In this document: one piece after another, positions 24,788-26,532 of the stretch
How the letters are laid out: the number at the start of each line of letters is the position of its first letter
Numbering within the stretch: the first letter of the stretch is position 1
Source: a virus
Taxonomy: Duplodnaviria; Caudoviricetes
Length of the DNA stretch: 26,532 nucleotides
Strand: one strand, 5' to 3'
IMG/VR virus record: IMGVR_UViG_3300049472_000071
Location: 1 to 26,532 of that record
Made by a program: the position numbers and the translations under genes
The notes under the pieces: generated by a model
What the model was told of the DNA's origin: nothing
The model's input: only the letters and a program-made list of their open reading frames with translations
The model's database searches: none

Positions 24788-25348
24788 TTACTCTTGGCTT
24801 AAATACCTCTCAATCCTATGTACAAACTTCCAATATAAGCCTTCGTTCAGGCTTTTCAACCGCACCAATATGTCTTGGTAGTTGACAAACTTCAATATCT
24901 TTTCAAAATCGTTTGCGCCCCAAATCAAATGACAAAATCTACATGATAATAACAAATTGGTTTCGTTTGTTGAATACTCCTTGTTGCCTACTCCAACTAT
25001 GTGGAATAAATCGACTTCGCCCGACTTGCCACATAGTTCGCATTTCTTTCCCTGTATACTAATTTTGCGCTTTTTGATTTGAGCCAAAACAGCAAGTTCG
25101 TTTGCCTTGTCTTTAGAAACGGGCTTGATTTTTGTCTTTTTTGATTCTTTATGTGTCCCAAAACTTCCATCCGACCGCTCTCCAGTATATCCAGCTTTGT
25201 TTCGTTCATTTTGTTTCTTTTTAACGGTCATTCCTTTTGACTGTGCGCTACGTTCATGTCTTTCCTTTGCTCCGATTGGGCATAAGCCCTTGGAGTTTAA
25301 TGATGACATTGTATTGTGGCAAATACATAAACCGTACTTTTTAGTCAT
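24788..25348 (-). CDS. HNH/NinG-like zinc-binding endonuclease
   Basis: CELC...DLFHI...NLLLSCRFCH pattern, with a basic N-terminal half carrying extra Cys/His. Confidence 0.7.
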   Translation of the reverse strand: MTKKYGLCICHNTMSSLNSKGLCPIGAKERHERSAQSKGMTVKKKQNERNKAGYTGERSDGSFGTHKESKKTKIKPVSKDKANELAVLAQIKKRKISIQGKKCELCGKSGEVDLFHIVGVGNKEYSTNETNLLLSCRFCHLIWGANDFEKILKFVNYQDILVRLKSLNEGLYWKFVHRIERYLSQE

Positions 25349-25440
25349 AAAGGCTGTTTGGTCTTACTTTTAGCCTATTTAAAATATATTTGGCTCACTC
25401 CAATATGAACAATTATGATGCACATTCATTTCTCGTTTTG

Positions 25441-25897
25441 AAGTGTATTACGTAGCTGTGCTACTCGCCATTTCTTTAATTATTGGAAGTTCGCCCTACT
25501 CCCACCGTTTGTACTTCACGGTTTACCAATCGCAAGCTGCATTGGGGCGTTTTGTTTTTCTTTGGCACACTTCGAGAGCTTCACTCGCCTTCTTTTTTAT
25601 TCAAATCCCATTACGTACTTGGGCAGCTTTATACTTTGTGAGCCAAAACTTTCAATTACTTGACTATGCCCATTGTAAGATACTTGCATATTTGCCGTAT
25701 GCAAGAACGACTAACATAACATAGCCAAATGTTATTGCGACCTTCTTTGCTTTGCAGATTGTTTCAGAATACTATCCCTGCAAAATGCGTATTCCTTTTA
25801 CTCGTAGGTCGCAAAACCTTAAATATCTTAAATAACTTTGTGCCTTTCGACTAATCGCAACTATACGGAAATTCCGAACAGTTGCGGAATTACACTC
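25441..25897 (-). ncRNA. Candidate large structured non-coding RNA
   Basis: No minus-strand ORF of 60 aa or more. At least eight inverted repeats and complementary ends are present (see findings). Confidence 0.45.
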
Positions 25898-26112
25898 TAA
25901 ACCTTATTCTTTATTCTTCTTTCAAGTTCTTCTGTCATTTGTTCAAACTTTCTAACTCTTACTTTTTCAGTAAAACAACCAGAATAAGTTGACAATCTAA
26001 CCCATCCAGTACGGTATTCAAGCGTATTTATCTCTCTTTCATTCTCAATCTTATAAGCACTTCTGTATCTTGGCTCTAATTCATTGAAAATCTTCCACGC
26101 TTGATTCTCCAT
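25897..26112 (-). CDS. Hypothetical protein
   Basis: The start is revised to ATG 26112 (MENQAWK), 1 nt after the stop of the upstream small ORF. Confidence 0.65.
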   Translation of the reverse strand: MENQAWKIFNELEPRYRSAYKIENEREINTLEYRTGWVRLSTYSGCFTEKVRVRKFEQMTEELERRIKNKV

Positions 26113-26113
26113 A

Positions 26114-26275
26114 CTAAAACTCAAATTGTTTCCTAAATGCCTTTCTAATCGCTTTTACTTTTGTCTTTGTGTAATACCTTTCTTTATTGACTTGAACGGG
26201 CTTCTTGTCGGCAAAACGGAATGTTCCATCTTTCTCCAACTCAAAGCTTGTCTCTATTTCAGGTTGTGGTATCAT
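26114..26275 (-). CDS. Small basic hypothetical protein (53 aa)
   Basis: Manual translation MIPQPEIETSFELEKDGTFRFADKKPVQVNKERYYTKTKVKAIRKAFRKQFEF. It fills the gap between neighbours and is below the track cutoff. Confidence 0.55.
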   Translation of the reverse strand: MIPQPEIETSFELEKDGTFRFADKKPVQVNKERYYTKTKVKAIRKAFRKQFEF

Positions 26276-26447
26276 TTTTAAGTTTCTCTCTAATCTTTTT
26301 AGGCAACGTCCCAGTATGGTATAATTTGACCCTTTTTGTTATCTGCTTGAATAACATCTCTGACAAGTTTTTTTTTAAGATACGATGCACGGTACTTTGC
26401 TCCATGCCTGTATTCATAACTATATCCGTTTCCGTCATCCAATCCAT
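26259..26447 (-). CDS. Small HTH-like DNA-binding protein
   Basis: The start is revised to ATG 26447. WMTETDIVMNTGMEQSTVHRILKK resembles an HTH. Confidence 0.55.
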   Translation of the reverse strand: MDWMTETDIVMNTGMEQSTVHRILKKNLSEMLFKQITKRVKLYHTGTLPKKIREKLKNDTTT

Positions 26448-26451
26448 TGCA

Positions 26452-26459
26452 CAAATATA
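26452..26459 (-). promoter_or_regulatory. Bacteroidota-type -7 promoter element (TATATTTG)
   Basis: TAnnTTTG 4 nt before ATG 26447, with AT-rich upstream sequence. Confidence 0.65.
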
Positions 26460-26532
26460 GAGATAGTATTTTAATTTACAATACATGAATTTATATATTT
26501 TTTAACTTACTGATTATTATAATACATAAAGA

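Larger units (their letters stand above)
1..26532 (-). mobile_element. Tailed phage/prophage genome segment (probable Bacteroidota siphovirus)
   Basis: Terminase, protease, capsid, tail and tape measure genes, all co-oriented. No host housekeeping genes are seen. Confidence 0.95.

Noticed and set aside
24997-25209. 70-aa alternate-frame ORF inside the HNH gene (likewise 776..991 and 11352..11537)
   Set aside because: It is nested in better-supported genes, with no slippery site or motif noticed.
25443-25724. 93-aa plus-strand ORF in the non-coding tract
   Set aside because: It has a GTG start, runs opposite to all other genes and has no recognisable composition. The dense inverted repeats explain the region better. 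Not fully excluded.
25441-25897. tRNA, group I/II intron or hammerhead identity for the structured tract
   Set aside because: There is no TTCGA T-arm with a cloverleaf, no correctly ordered group I P7 (GACTA...TAGTC) pair, no group II domain V and no CTGATGA/GAAA hammerhead core.
1-26532. CRISPR array, DGR template/variable repeats, integrase/att sites, alternative genetic code
   Set aside because: No regularly spaced repeats, reverse transcriptase, long duplicated segment or integrase was seen. Genes are intact under the standard code, with TAA, TAG and TGA all used as stops.

Overview
A 26.5 kb AT-rich piece of a tailed (siphovirus-like) phage or prophage genome. Essentially all genes are on the minus strand. 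The host is very probably Bacteroidota: there are five TAnnTTTG promoter boxes in intergenic gaps, A-rich start contexts mostly lacking a Shine-Dalgarno, and a lipoprotein with a C-x-K-K-E-E export-like signal. In transcription order (right to left) the window holds: small early ORFs; a ~455 nt hairpin-dense non-coding tract; an HNH/NinG-like gene; a tightly coupled putative DNA-modification operon (SNF2-type ATPase, degenerate SNF2 paralog, GT-A glycosyltransferase, 2OG-Fe(II)-like oxygenase, IbrA/PAPS-reductase-like PP-loop enzyme, IbrB/ParB-like protein, XRE HTH); terminase small and large subunits; a probable -1 frameshifted tail chaperone; neck and tail genes; tape measure; Clp-type head protease; major capsid; major tail protein; a terminator; and a separately promoted cluster of five glycosyltransferase-like genes, a methyltransferase and a lipoprotein. 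No portal gene is recognisable in the window. All calls rest on motif reading by eye, not database searches.
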